A DNA stretch of 63,762 nt, the filler included, from Lenisia limosa (lineage: Eukaryota; Protista; Breviatea): assembly GCA_001655205.1 (NCBI GenBank). It is 13 parts of 13 records of this genome, joined end to end, with 100 filler letters (N's around TTAATTAATTAA, not from the genome) between each part and the next. Parts side by side here need not be neighbours in the genome. Positions count along the whole stretch, not along the records: positions 40,030 to 43,373 come from LPNZ01008497.1; positions 43,474 to 45,881 come from LPNZ01005884.1; positions 45,982 to 49,092 come from LPNZ01011125.1; positions 49,193 to 52,815 come from LPNZ01011286.1; 9 more parts are not named here. One strand, 5' to 3'. The position numbers and the translations under genes are program-made. The notes below the pieces were generated by a model. It was not told where the DNA came from. It saw nothing but the letters and a program-made list of their open reading frames with translations, and ran no database searches. Below, piece by piece: positions 40,030 to 51,915 of this stretch; the first letter of the stretch is position 1, and every line of letters starts with the position of its first letter.

Positions 40030-41677
40030 GTTTATTTCCCATCCTTGACCCAACTTTTTATTTTAATAAAAAAAAATTCCGTAAAATAATGAATAACCTT
40101 CATGTCAGGACTCATCGCGGTCAGTGTATACTTCATCAACAACTTACCACACAGGCGGATTACAAGGAGGAAGCCCAGGAGTTTGTAGTCGAGTCTTACA
40201 GGTGGATTCCTGGGTTATATCGTTAGATCGTATATGACATGTTAGGACCGCTGACAATTAAGTTTTGAAGTAGTTTATTAAATTAGTCATTTAAATTTGA
40301 AAATATAATTCACCCCCCCCCCAGATGGATTGGTTCTCTTGTGAAGCCTTTCATTGCCAAATTCAAGCCTGTGGTTGTATGCTGGGGTGGTGGTGGTGTT
40401 TGTGATCAGTTTTATGCTTATCAAAATTGTTTATCTTGGGAGAGTACTTTAAACTGTAGTGTTGGGGAGTAAGTGATAGTTTAGCCTTGTACATTTTTGG
40501 TATCAATTTCTCTTTTCTTTTGTGCTAGATTTATGCATACTATTATTTCAGTATTCGACAGATGGGATTAACTCGCTTCATTTTCGTGAAAGAATGTCGA
40601 TAAGCTTTAGAGACATTTTCATTAACTCTTCAACAACTTGTTCCTTATCCCAATATTTTATTTTTGTTCTCAGACATCCCAATTTTCTTTGAGAAGTTGG
40701 TCTTTTGTATTGTTTTCCATTACANNNNNNNNNNNNNNNNNNNNNNNNNNNNNNNNNNNNNNNNNNNNNNNNNNNNNNNNNNNNNNNNNNNNNNNNNNNN
40801 NNNNNNNNNNNNNNNNNNNNNNNNNNNNNNNNNNNNNNNNNNNNNNNNNNNNNNNNNNNNNNNNNNNNNNNTACAATCCTCTTGCCACTGGGAGAATAGC
40901 AGGTATCGGCGCATGGCATCCCAGTTCCCATTAAATGAAGGGCACGAGCCGTACATAAGCTATTCATCTGCTTCTTCAACCGCAATCTTAAATGATGGCA
41001 CCATAATGGTATCAAATGATGGCACTAAATTGTACTTAAATACTTTAACGAAGGTTCGGTGTAGGAGATGGAGCGGATCGACAACGTGTTGTTCACCAAC
41101 GTTGAAATCGATACGTCTCTGAACGGTCAATGGTCGAATATTCCAAATTACAGGGACATAATGAACACACAACGATTGGTTTTAGTTCACACAAAAAGTA
41201 AAATAATTCTATAACTCCAAAATGGCTTAAATAATAGAATACATGCAAACAATGGGCCAGATGTGAAGCCTTCCTAATATTCCTTTCCCCCATTTTTGAT
41301 ACCTCTTTTGCCACATCGATTTATCTGTATTCTTCTGACAGTCTCCGAAGGGGTGCGGTGGTGCAGTCTTAGACCTTTTGTTTATCTTTATTTTTTGTTT
41401 TCAACCAGCGTGTGTTTTTTCACAACAGAGTTGATTTTGATAATTTTTATTATTGCAATTATGTTGTCNNNNNNNNNNNNNNNNNNNNNNNNNNNNNNNN
41501 NNNNNNNNNNNNNNNNNNNNNNNNNNNNNNNNNNNNNNNNNNNNNNNNNNNNNNNNNNNNNNNNNNNNTCCGCCTATTCCGACTATGTTCCCGAAGGGCA
41601 TGGCCCAGGACGAAATCGAAGCCGTGCAGAACCCCCAAGCTGGTGGGAAATATTCAGAGGCGTGCACAGAGTTTTAA
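40030..41677 (+). CDS. Hypothetical multi-exon protein, 3' part
   Basis: In-phase exons ADYKEEAQEFVVESYR-WIGSLVKPFIAKFKPVV, ..NDGTIMVSNDGTKLYLNTLTK and VFTNVEIDTSLNGQWSNIPNYRDIM, ending ..GGKYSEACTEF*. Confidence 0.4.
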
Positions 41678-41807
41678 GGCAAATGATTGGATGAATTACT
41701 ATTATACTACAATCCAATATCTCTTATAAGCGTGATGGTTCGGCCAGATACATCCTTATTTTTTATTTCCCATTGTTATATGTCTAAGGTTGGGGGAATA
41801 TTTATGA

Positions 41808-41896
41808 GAGCTTCGCTTTCAGTTCCAAAAAAGACTGAATTCTCAATAAATCCTCGATCGATATTTTACAGGTGTTATGCAACCGAAAGTGAAGCC
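41808..41896. mobile_element. MITE family A, diverged copy
   Basis: GAGCTTCGCTTTCAGTTCCAAAAAAGACTGAAT...CAACCGAAAGTGAAGCC. Confidence 0.7.
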
Positions 41897-42051
41897 GTAA
41901 TTTATATCAAATATAAATAAGGGGCCAAAGCCAAAAGCTAAAGATATTTGACATTATTGACATTTTTGTTGCTCATTCAGAAAAAAACACAGTATTAATT
42001 ATTGCCCTCTAAAGGTTCTTTACTGATGAATGAACAGTGTGAATTGTTTTT

Positions 42052-42654
42052 ATGGATATTATTAGGAGACTCTGTGTGGGTGTATGGGGTTATTATCTTG
42101 GGTTGCCTTGTTGTTATTAATCCTCTTGTGTTGTTAACCAACAGAGTTGATTTTGGGCTTTTTTGTTTCATACCAATTTAACCCTCCAGCAAAAGCGGCT
42201 CAGACGGCGATGTCAGCAGTGGACGTCTTAGGCGTTCTCAACAAAATGAAGAAGTGGAGTGCTGATGTCACTGCTTCCGAAGTGGGTTAGGGTGTTTTAG
42301 GATGGGGGTGTTTTTAGGTGTTTTATTTTTGTTATTTAAGAGGAGAGAGAGAGTTTCGGTGTTTCTGGCGGTAGAACCGGGTGTTATTTTGCTGTTTTTT
42401 TTTATTCAGTTTCGTCAGAGGAGAGGGGCAGGGTGTGCTTTGGGCGAAGGGGAATTGCTGTTGCTGTGAAGGTGCTTTTTTGTTAAAGAAATCTCTCCGA
42501 TCTCCACCCCCCAATCTTTATCTTACCACCTTATTGTGACATTGCAGGGCGCCACGGCCTGGAAGTTGCGTAAGGCTGCTCTAGAAAAAGTCACAGCGGC
42601 GGCGGATGTCAAAACCATCAAACCGGCCGACTTCTCTCCATATATGTCAAGGTG
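42052..42654 (+). CDS. TOG-domain (XMAP215/CLASP-like) microtubule-binding protein, 5' exons
   Basis: Spliced sequence MDIIRRLSKAAQTAMSAVDVLGVLNKMKKWSADVTASEGATAWKLRKAALEKV..KTIKPADFSPYMS resembles the TOG HEAT-A pattern VDIL.K......W..RKEALE.....K....DY..L. Confidence 0.6.
42108..42189 (+). repeat. Intron 3'-end cassette (family C)
   Basis: TCCTCTTGTGTTGTTAACCAACAGAGTTGATTTTGGGCTTTTTTGTTTCATACCAATTTAACCCTCCAG| directly abuts exon 2 of the TOG gene. Confidence 0.8.
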
Positions 42655-43080
42655 GGATGAGGAGTGTTTGGATTACTCTCTCTTGATTGATGGATGTTTG
42701 TTGTTATCCACCCTTGTGTGATGTCAGCCAACAAAGTTGATTTTGGGCTTTTTTTTGTGTTTCATAAATTTTCCGATTTTGCTCCCCCCCCCCCCCNNNN
42801 NNNNNNNNNNNNNNNNNNNNNNNNNNNNNNNNNNNNNNNNNNNNNNNNNNNNNNNNNNNNNNNNNNNNNNNNNNNNNNNNNNNNNNNNNNNNNNNNNNNN
42901 NNNNNNNNNNNNNNNNNNNNNNNNNNNNNNNNNNNNNNNNNNNNNNNNNNNNNNNNNNNNNNNNNNNNNNNNNNNNNNNNNNNNNNNNNNNNNNNNNNNN
43001 NNNNNNNNNNNNNNNNNNNNNNNNNNNNNNNNGAAATGGTGAAAGAGTGAAAGGGTGCACAACAGAGAGAGGTCTGGTTT

Positions 43081-43173
43081 GAGCTTCACTTCTGTTCTAA
43101 AAAGACTGAATTTCTTTAAAACCTCGAAAACTATCGATATTTTGCCAGTATTTTTTGAACCGAAGTGAAGCCC
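43081..43173. mobile_element. MITE family A
   Basis: GAGCTTCACTTCTGTTCTAAAAAGACTG...TTTTTTGAACCGAAGTGAAGCCC. Confidence 0.8.
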
Positions 43174-43473
43174 AAGGTATGATGATAAGGAATGGTAGTA
43201 TAGCAGGTTCAAGGTTATCATAACAGGATTAGTGCTCCACGGCTATTATCAAACCATTGCACTCTACTCCCGCTTTCCCCCAATTTCCTTAGATCTCATT
43301 GTCACTCCTTTCTCACAATTTTCTATTTTATCCGTTTTTTGATGGGATGCTGTGATGCAGAAGCGACTGGCCTNNNNNNNNNNNNNNNNNNNNNNNNNNN
43401 NNNNNNNNNNNNNNNNNTTAATTAATTAANNNNNNNNNNNNNNNNNNNNNNNNNNNNNNNNNNNNNNNNNNNN

Positions 43474-44523
43474 ACATCACACACCAGACCGCCAGCACGG
43501 GTCGGGTCATGGAGGAGTTCACACTCACCCGCATCTACTCGTGGCAACGAGCCTTCCGAAGCTTCGCCCGCCAAGGTGAGCGCCAGCGGGTTTAGAAACC
43601 TACTTTAAGGAATTATTGGGCTTTCGAGTGTATCATTGATGCCCTTTTGACCCCATAGGAAAGACGACAGTGTCTGGCGTTTCGTACTTTGTGGAGGGCT
43701 TTTCATCGGTGAGAGGGGGAGTAAAATGAAAGAAAAAAACCCTAAACATATTATCCAACTGTGTGTTCCAAGGTGTTTCTTATGTCCAGTTTAACCAGAT
43801 GTTTATGTTCCTAGTGTCAATTAGGACTTCACTTCAGTTCGAAAAAGACCGGTAAAATATCGATAGCTTTCGAGGATTTATCGAGAAATAATGTCTTTTT
43901 TCGAACCGAAGTGAAGCCCTAGTTTCAATAGAGACTTTACATTGCATACTGCTTTAGCACAAAGCTGGTTTCAGAGAGTTGTCCTATTGACATTTCAGGT
44001 GTCCACATATCGCCACAGTGTGAAGTCTCTATCAAGCCTGCAAANNNNNNNNNNNNNNNNNNNNNNNNNNNNNNNNNNNNNNNNNNNNNNNNNNNNNNNN
44101 NNNNNNNNNNNNNNNNNNNNNNNNNNNNNNNNNNNNNNNNNNNTAGGGAAACAAATAAATACATAGGGATACCATATAAGAAGAGCACAATATTGTGAAA
44201 CCCTCCGAATGGACAATTGTTGATACTACACAGGTACGGGAGAGATCCTCGGAGCTCCCAACCAATGGCTTTCTTCACTTAAAAGCCGGCAGTCAAGACT
44301 GAGGAAGTCTTTCAACCCGGGTGAGGGATATGGTTGCATAATTCTCTCATTTTTGACATTTATTCATGGTACATAATTCTATATCATTTCTCGAAATTTT
44401 GATGACGAAACAGACAACATTGGTAATATTCCATCTACCTGTTTGCTTTTAACATACCCCTCTGACAATGTAGTGTTGAGCCTTGAGGCTGAGAACAAGC
44501 GTGGTAACGCATACTCCCCTTAG
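43474..44523 (+). CDS. Hypothetical protein, 3' exons
   Basis: Phase-consistent exons ..EASPAK-ERRQCLAFRTLWRAFHR-DFTLHTALAQSW.., ending LEAENKRGNAYSP* (TAG 44521-44523). Confidence 0.4.
43824..43919. mobile_element. MITE family A with TA flanks
   Basis: ta|GGACTTCACTTCAGTTCGAAAAAGAC...GTCTTTTTTCGAACCGAAGTGAAGCCC|ta. Confidence 0.85.
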
Positions 44524-44623
44524 GGCTTTAGGGAGGCTTTATTCTTTAGTTTTGTCATTTCTGTTGATGTTGTGTGTACGTTTCTTGTTTATTTTGTTTG
44601 TATGGTAGTGGATGCAGTGATCC

Positions 44624-45770
44624 TTACTTTGGTACTTTTGTGCTTGTTGAGACAATGTTGAGAACAAGGTAATGACAGACTTCCACCCCCTGCTTGAAAC
44701 TAGGATATAACCGTGTGTAACCCCAATGTTTTTCCCATATTCCAAAATACAACTCAACTCGTCTCCGACACTCCATTGTCAACTTTCTCATATTGAAGTC
44801 ACCAAATGGGATTGCGGGTGAGGTGTCATCAATGACTGGGGGAAGGGTGGGTGACCTTTTGTGACGAAATGGTCTTTAAGCAGTTTTGCTTGCACCAGTC
44901 AAGTTCGCCTTGTAAAAGTTCCTGGCCAACTAGAAAGAAGAGTCCAAGAGATATTGGACCAGGACAATAACTTGGGCAAAAAAAAAACCCCCCCTTACCC
45001 GCAGTGAGGAAGGGGGGTCAAAAGGTTGAAAAGCAATGGAAGAGAAAGAACTCTCACATGCTTCGGGAGAAGTATTGGGTCAAACAAAGAGGGGAGGAAA
45101 AATCTTACAAACAAGGGCTAAGGCTCAGTAGATCGTAACAACAAGGCTACTCTACTACGTAGAGCACTGGTGCTCTCCAATCGTCGCAGTCTTTTGACAG
45201 TCATGAGATCTAGGTACTCGGCTCGATGGTTTCCATGACACAGTGTAAGATTTTCTTGTGCGTGCTGTCGACCAATCAAGGTGTTTCATTCTCGAATCGG
45301 TAAGTCCAAGACAAGGAGGTTCAACTGATTCAGCAAGGGTGAATGGCTCAAGACCAAAAGGCAAGAGGGGTACATGTGACTGGGGGCTCAGAGGAGTATG
45401 AAGCAACAATTTCTGGATGCCCTGTTGAAGCCGTGAGGCAAAACGTGACGCCATTAAGACGGACAAATGCTAAAAGGGGTGAGTGGATGTGAGCTAGAAA
45501 GACTGTTTTGTGATTATATCGCAATACTACATGATATATAGTATATCATGTTATAGTAGTAGTATATATACCATATATCAAAATTTCATGTTTAGCACCA
45601 TTTATGTATGATCAATAATGAAGACGGAACTTTTTCACAAGAACTAACCGAAATGCTGCCAATGTCTTTGAGGGTTCGCCTTCGCCTTCTTCACGGATCG
45701 CGCAATGGACACCGCGTCACCAATGTTCATGTCTTTGGCAGATGGAAATTCTAGGTTAAATTAAACATGA
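44624..45770 (-). CDS. Hypothetical protein, 3' exons
   Basis: Phase-consistent exons EFPSAKDMNIGDAV..WQHF-AFVRLNGVTFCLTASTGHPE..-EPPCLGL.., VGQELLQGELDWCKQNC and LTMECRRRVELYFGIWEKHWG..PK*. Confidence 0.45.
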
Positions 45771-45981
45771 AATTGGAAAAGAAGAAATTCAGTTTTTATG
45801 GAACCAGGTGGACCTTTTTTTGTTTTTTGACCCAAAAACTATCATAATTTTAAGGGTCCACATAAATAAGGGGGGGGGGGGNNNNNNNNNNNNNNNNNNN
45901 NNNNNNNNNNNNNNNNNNNNNNNNNTTAATTAATTAANNNNNNNNNNNNNNNNNNNNNNNNNNNNNNNNNNNNNNNNNNNN

Positions 45982-48900
45982 GTACTATACTATAAAAGGT
46001 ACATATTTTGTGTGTGGTAGGGAAGGGGGGGGGGCAATGTTCAAAGTTCACCACTTTAGACCAATCCTTCAAGTTGGCAGACAGGAACTACGGTTATGTA
46101 TGCAGGCTGGAGGGGCAGGGGAAATGGTTTGGTAAATAATCGTTTTAATTTTTTCTTCTTTTTTACCCCTTCTCCTTTTTATGGAAAAACAGTTCAGTTT
46201 TCCAAAAAATTGGCAGAATAATAGTAATTCCCAATGGTCCAAAAGACCGTTAAAATATTTTTCAAAGTATCGGCAATTCCTTCTGCTTTTGTGGCCAAAG
46301 CGAGGTATCACACAATGAATGTTCACATATAATTGGGAGAGGCACGCAGAAAGCTGTGTGCACAGTGTTGTAAGACAAATGATTGGGTGAATTAATATAA
46401 CAATATCTCTAATAAGCGTGANNNNNNNNNNNNNNNNNNNNNNNNNNNNNNNNNNNNNNNNNNNNNNNNNNNNNNAATAGAAGGCCACACTAGACACCAG
46501 TGCTCACCAACTCACCTTCACAGAATATGCTTGCCGGGGAGTCCAGGGCAATCATGCTGTCAGCTCAAGTTGCAGCATACCCGGCCCTCTTCAACTTCTA
46601 TGTTTGCTGGGGGGGGGGGGCTAGGTTTATNNNNNNNNNNNNNNNNNNNNNNNNNNNNNNNNNNNNNNNNNNNNNNNNNNNNNNNNNNNNNNNNNNNNNN
46701 NNNNNNNNNNNNNNNNNNNNNNNNNNGGCTTGTTTGCCTATGTTTATCATACTGGCTTATTTGCCTAGGTTCATCATACTGGCTTATTTGCCTAGGTTCA
46801 TCATATTGGCTTATTTGCCTAGGTTCATCATACTGGCTTATATGCCTAGGTTTATCATTCGCAAACGGCTATGATCCGGCCCATCACTGAGCTCTTCACC
46901 TTTTCGACCCTCCGTAAGAGGACTGTTTTGTGTTCCAATATCCCAATTTTGCCATAACGGGTTGTGTCCACCGAGTTCGAATTATGGGTGGAATGTCGGG
47001 AGGGTATTTTCTGGGGTTTAGGTTTAAACTCTGTTCATCTCTCGTTTTTTTTTTCATTTAATGTACCGCATTTCTCTCAGTGTTAATGTAGCTTTTCTTT
47101 GAGCGTTATTTGCTCTTTCTTTCTTTCAGTGTTATTGTATTTGAGCGTTAATTACTTTTTCTTATTGTAGCTCTTCTTTCAGCATTATTGCTGGTCGTCC
47201 AAAATTCTGGATTGGTGTTTTCTTTGAGTTTCAAGGGTTGAAGGAAAACCTGTTATTTAACTCGAACATTTAGAGTACTCGCACACCGCTTTCAGTATTA
47301 AGCCCTACCATATTATTGGAGTTAAAAACTACTACTGCGCACATGTGAGAGAAGGGGGAGGGGTGACAAACACGTCGAGGTTTTTTTTATACAGACCCCG
47401 CTGACCTTTCAGAGCATGGCAGGAAGTGTGAGAATGTATGTTCCATCCATGCACGCATCAATATCTTCAGGGTCAAAGTGGGGGGGGGGGGGNNNNNNNN
47501 NNNNNNNNNNNNNNNNNNNNNNNNNNNNNGGTATATGCTCAACTCCTGGCTGAAACAAGGTTCCTATTGTGTCAAGTCCAAGTCGAGTGAGAGTGTTTAC
47601 ATTTTCTTGGTGATCGTTGTCTTCTCTCTTGTGGTGTTAAGGTGCTTCAGTAGCTGTTTTAAATTGCAAAATAATTTGAAGCCATGTGTACAGTTTTGAA
47701 AAACACCATTCGAAAATTTTGTTGGTAGTTTTTCATGAAACAGCCTTGGTAAGCGAAATTTATAGTGTCCAGTTTCCCAACTCCCAAGTTTGTTCCCATT
47801 TTGGACATTTTTGGCTTCAACATTTTTTTCAAAAAACAATTTTTTTTTTGTGGCTTAAACATGATATTTGAGGAATTTACATTATTCCCGTCAACCATGC
47901 AAGGCCTGCTAGCCGAGGCTATTTGAGGCCAATATTGCAAAAAAAACACTATTCAATGGAGCAGTCTGGCCATTTTTACCCATTTTTTTGAAAATTCTCT
48001 GCTAGAGTTGTTTATCTACCCTGTGTAATTGTCTCGAAGGCTCATTTTGAAAACTGCACGCAGAGTTCCACTCTTATGCCAAAAAAAAAAAACAACGACC
48101 GAGCCACCTTAATATGATATATGATTTTACCTTGTTCAAAACATGTGCTTTTATTTGATTTCTACCTTGTTCTGAATACATAAGCTTCACTGCAAGAAAG
48201 ATGAGCAGATATAGGGACAGCATATGAGTAGCAAGAACTTTTGTGTTAAAACTGGCACTTCTGTTAATTATTGGTCTACCTGAAGGAAGATGCAATCGCA
48301 AAGCATGATGGTGTTGTCAGCTTCATCCTTGCTATTTCTCATCTCACAGTTGATGATGTGCAGTCTTTCACTTTTCTTATTTAGTATCTCGTGGTTTTCA
48401 CAATATGACTGCAACCGTGACCTCAGATTACACAACCCCAGTTAGTACGTATTATACGGTGGGAGGGTAATCTTGGCAACTCTAAAAAGGGGGTGGCAGC
48501 GTCTGTAGTTCAAATATAAAAAGTGATAAAAGTGGTGCTTGAATATTGTCATCTTCAGATTTTGGCAAACTTGAGGGGCTTTGGAATGGTTTCGGATTGC
48601 TGGGATGGAATTGGACTTTTTTAATCATTTGGGTGGAATTGGCTTTTAATGGTTTAGGTGGAAATGGGGCCTGGTGCTCCCTCATACTACCTCACAAGCC
48701 CCACCGTTGAGAATGGTAAGCCAGGCATGAATATTGATTTAAGGAATAACAGGTAAAAACAATTTTAAAAAAAAAACATAAAATGACACGAAGTAAAACG
48801 CTGCAAATTAATTGGATCGTCTTGATTTCAAGCACATATGGGGATTCACTTCAGTCCAAAAAAAGCACTGAATGTCTCCATAAATCCTCGATAAGTGTCG

Positions 48901-49046
48901 ATATTTTACTGGTCTTTTTCAGACAGAAGCGGCTCATCACCACAGGATTGGCCAACATCTCGTTTCCGATCAGCGTAATGGTGTTTGACAGCCGCGGCAC
49001 CGCCATCAATATCTATGGACTCGAGTTTGCAGCCTCACTTAGAACG
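45982..49046 (+). CDS. Hypothetical multi-exon protein, possibly extracellular Ig-like; fragment
   Basis: GT-AG exons such as HDGVVSFILAISHLTVDDVQSF and PGAPSYYLTSPTVEN-GLANISFPISVMVFDSRGTAINIYG (phase-1 junction). Confidence 0.3.
46727..46860. repeat. 27-bp minisatellite, 5 units
   Basis: Unit GGCTTATTTGCCTAGGTTCATCATACT. Confidence 0.95.
48841..48934. mobile_element. MITE family A, diverged, intronic
   Basis: GGGATTCACTTCAGTCCAAAAAAAGCACTGAATG...GATATTTTACTGGTCTTTTTC with a decayed right TIR. Confidence 0.65.
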
Positions 49047-49299
49047 GTTTGGGGGGTGGGGGATAAGAAGTGTTGAGTGGATATATTACATANNNNNNNN
49101 NNNNNNNNNNNNNNNNNNNNNNNNNNNNNNNNNNNNTTAATTAATTAANNNNNNNNNNNNNNNNNNNNNNNNNNNNNNNNNNNNNNNNNNNNCTTTGCAG
49201 TTTTTTCACTCCCCCCCCCCCTCGTTTTTTTTATGATACCAAGTTGCTTTTTGACTTACTATGCTGTTTTTTTAAAAAATATTCTTTTTTTTGACCACT

Positions 49300-49900
49300 G
49301 CAGTTTTTTGACGATGGCGCGGGCCCGTGCCCCACTGGCGTTCACCTCGTCAAAGAGCAGAACACCCTGTCCGCCTACGTCATGTTCCAGACCTACACGG
49401 AAGCTCACTTTGCCCTCCAGTACCGCTACAAACCCTTTGTACGCGGGGTTTAAATTTTTGCAGTAAAGTCTCTCTTGACACTAGGATCATAGGTTCATAT
49501 TCTTGTACTTTTTTAAATCATAAAGGCCTCATTTTTGAACNNNNNNNNNNNNNNNNNNNNNNNNNNNNNNNNNNNNNNNNNNNNNNNNNNNNNNNNNNNN
49601 NNNNNNNNNNNNNNNNNNNNNNNNNNNNNNNNNNNNNNNNNNNNNNNNNNNNNNNNNNNNNNNNNNNNNNNNNNNNNNNNNNNNTTGACTATTTCTTTAA
49701 TATTGCTTCTAAATTCACGGATTTTTTCGAGGATGCGAAATTGTTTGAAAGGACAAAGAATTTATCGTAAAAACATTCAGTAAAACAAAGAAAAAATAAG
49801 ATACATTGGAGAGCGGCGGAGTGGACGTACTTCTGTGGTGACGCAGGTGATCTGGGCACTTGGAGTGCAAACCATTTTATGAGTTTCACCTATCACATAA
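49300..49900 (+). CDS. RRM (quasi-RRM, hnRNP F/H/ESRP-like) RNA-binding protein fragment
   Basis: Exon DDGAGPCPTGVHLVKEQNTLSAYVMFQTYTEAHFALQYRYKPF carries an RNP1-like AYV.F motif followed by A..AL. Confidence 0.5.
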
Positions 49901-50041
49901 TCATGTAATAGGGATGACATTCAATTGTTGCAAATCGAATAGGTGGAAAATTTTGAATTTTGAAAGGACAAGAAATGGATTAATCGAAAAACATTCAGTA
50001 ATTATCACTATCGGCAATCAAATTGTGTCCTTTGTTTTCAA

Positions 50042-50112
50042 GCATCGCTGGTTCAGTGGTAGAATTCGACGTTGCCATCGTCGCGACCCGGGTTCGATTC
50101 CCGGGCGATGCA
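50042..50112 (+). tRNA. trnG-GCC: tRNA-Gly(GCC), copy 1
   Basis: Full cloverleaf: acceptor GCATCGC/GCGATGC+A, D-arm GGTTCAGTGGTAGAAT, anticodon arm CGACG-TTGCCAT-CGTCG and T-arm CCGGG-TTCGATT-CCCGG. An oligo-T terminator follows. Confidence 0.97.
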
Positions 50113-50670
50113 ACTTTTTTTGCTATTTTTTCCTTTTTTTATTATTTAGTTTATCTTTTTCTTTTTCTGTCTATTTTTGCTCGTCATACCGTCCAAATGT
50201 TCCAATACACCAACTTTGTTTTGACAACAGTCAAAATATTTGTTGCGTGTACCCTCCCGCACCTCCAGGCAACATGGCCGATCTCGGGTATAAGGAGAGA
50301 GGAATTGATCCCCCAAGCACAGGAGTCCATAACTGATGCCACCTAGAATATTATATTACACCAAAAAAAACCCTGCAAATTATTCAGGTTTTCTCCCCAT
50401 AGAGCGCAAATTTGAATGTCCTTTCAATATGCGCTTGATAGTGCGGATGAACGATTCTTGTCCGAGTGTCCAGTCCTAAACTAAACCATATGATTTCACT
50501 GTTTGTATATAATATTGCATATAATAAGATGCAAAAGACCACCTTCACATCACTTCACTATTTCCGTCCTCAACCGAAATCAACAACTACAGATTAAAGA
50601 TTTGAGACCTACTCCAAGCCGATAAACAGCTACTCTTAACTTGTAAAGGCAACTGAATCAACCGGAGTTA

Positions 50671-50761
50671 GAGCTTAACTTCGGTTCGAAAAAAGACTGG
50701 GTTTCTCGATAAATCCTCGAAAGCAATCGATACCAGTCTTTTTCGAACCGAAGTGAAGCCC
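50671..50761. mobile_element. MITE family A
   Basis: GAGCTTAACTTCGGTTCGAAAAAAGACTG...CAGTCTTTTTCGAACCGAAGTGAAGCCC|tag. Confidence 0.88.
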
Positions 50762-51183
50762 TAGGAATAGTCGACTCCGTTCTATAACTAAACAGAGCAA
50801 AATAAGGAACATAATTCAGCTCCTTGGCGGCTGACATAAATCGAATCAATTATATAACGAGATAATAGGAAAATAATATAGTATAATATCGATAGTTTTC
50901 GAGGATTTATCGAGAAATTAGTCTTTTTTTCCCTGCACAAAAACCATTGAATCTCTATGATAAGTCTCCTTGACACTTTATTTTCAAAAAAATAAAATAA
51001 AAAATAACACAAAACACTCGTGTGGTTCCAAATTTTGATCAGCTTTTTAAAAATAAAAAAAGAAGGTAAATACAAAAAAATAAGGATTAAAAACAAAGAG
51101 AGGGGGGGGAAAATAAAATAAAAACCCGAATATTGTAAGTCCAGAATAGGACCATTCCAGGTTCAAACTTGATAGTATGCGTA

Positions 51184-51280
51184 GGGCTTCCCTGCAGTCC
51201 GAAAAAGACTGGTAAAATATCAATATTTATCGAGGATTTATCGAGAAATTCAGTCTTTTTTTGAAACCGAAGGGAAGCCC
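51184..51280. mobile_element. MITE family A with TA flanks
   Basis: ta|GGGCTTCCCTGCAGTCCGAAAAAGACTG...CAGTCTTTTTTTGAAACCGAAGGGAAGCCC|ta. Confidence 0.85.
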
Positions 51281-51658
51281 TAGGTATGCGTTATAGCTTC
51301 CAGCCCTCCATTCTAGGGATTTCCCCTTGTTGTCTGGTGGTGCTCATACTGGTCTTTTTCGAACCGAAGTGAAGCCCTACTCACAAGCAAAATAAAAAAA
51401 TCGATTGGTGAGCTAACTAGCATGTGAGAAGAATAGGGATCAATCTGATTTTGTTTTTTGTTTTTTTGAATAAAAAAGTATGGGTGTAAATCTTCTTCTT
51501 AATTGCAATTTTTTCAATTAAATTTCTAAATAGAGACAGATTATGAGCTTAAATATTGATTCATATGAAAAACTGCATTGTTGGGCTTCCTTTGTCACCC
51601 AAAAAATCCGATTTTTTTAGATCACAATCGGCACTCAAATAGTTTCACTTGTTTTCAA

Positions 51659-51729
51659 GCATCGCTGGTTCAGTGGTAGAATTCGACGTTGCCATCGTCG
51701 CGACCCGGGTTCGATTCCCGGGCGATGCA
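51659..51729 (+). tRNA. trnG-GCC: tRNA-Gly(GCC), copy 2 (identical to copy 1)
   Basis: The same 71-nt sequence as 50042-50112, followed by oligo-T. Confidence 0.97.
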
Positions 51730-51915
51730 ACTTTTTTTTCTTTTTTTTTGTTTTTTTTTTCTTCTTTTTTTATTACGTTGTCTTTTTTTGTCTACTGTTT
51801 TTATCTTTGTTGTTTTGGGCTTTTTTGTTTCGTAAGTTGTCAAACTTTACCCCAACCCCTGACGCTCCAGATGGGTCTCGCCCCCCTCAATCTCTCCCTC
51901 CGCACCCTCGGCAAC

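Noticed and set aside
42138-42148. ACAGAG in cassette C as a U6 snRNA ACAGAGA box
   Set aside because: It is only a 6-nt match, it is not conserved in all copies (ACAGGG, ACAGTG, ACAAAG), and there is no surrounding U6 sequence.
43480-43580. Talin/FERM-like reading GRVMEEFTLTRIYSW
   Set aside because: Phase continuity with the next two exons supports a different frame (..EASPAK-ERRQCLAF..).
46727-46860. 27-bp repeats as a CRISPR array or coding repeat
   Set aside because: The units are head-to-tail with no spacers, lie next to a masked intronic tract, and have no cas genes nearby. This is an ordinary minisatellite.
48900-48945. MITE-A donating a splice acceptor (TTTTTCAG|ACAG)
   Set aside because: The upstream donor is phase 1, which fits only the downstream CACAG|GA acceptor (~48944). 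The MITE therefore stays entirely intronic.
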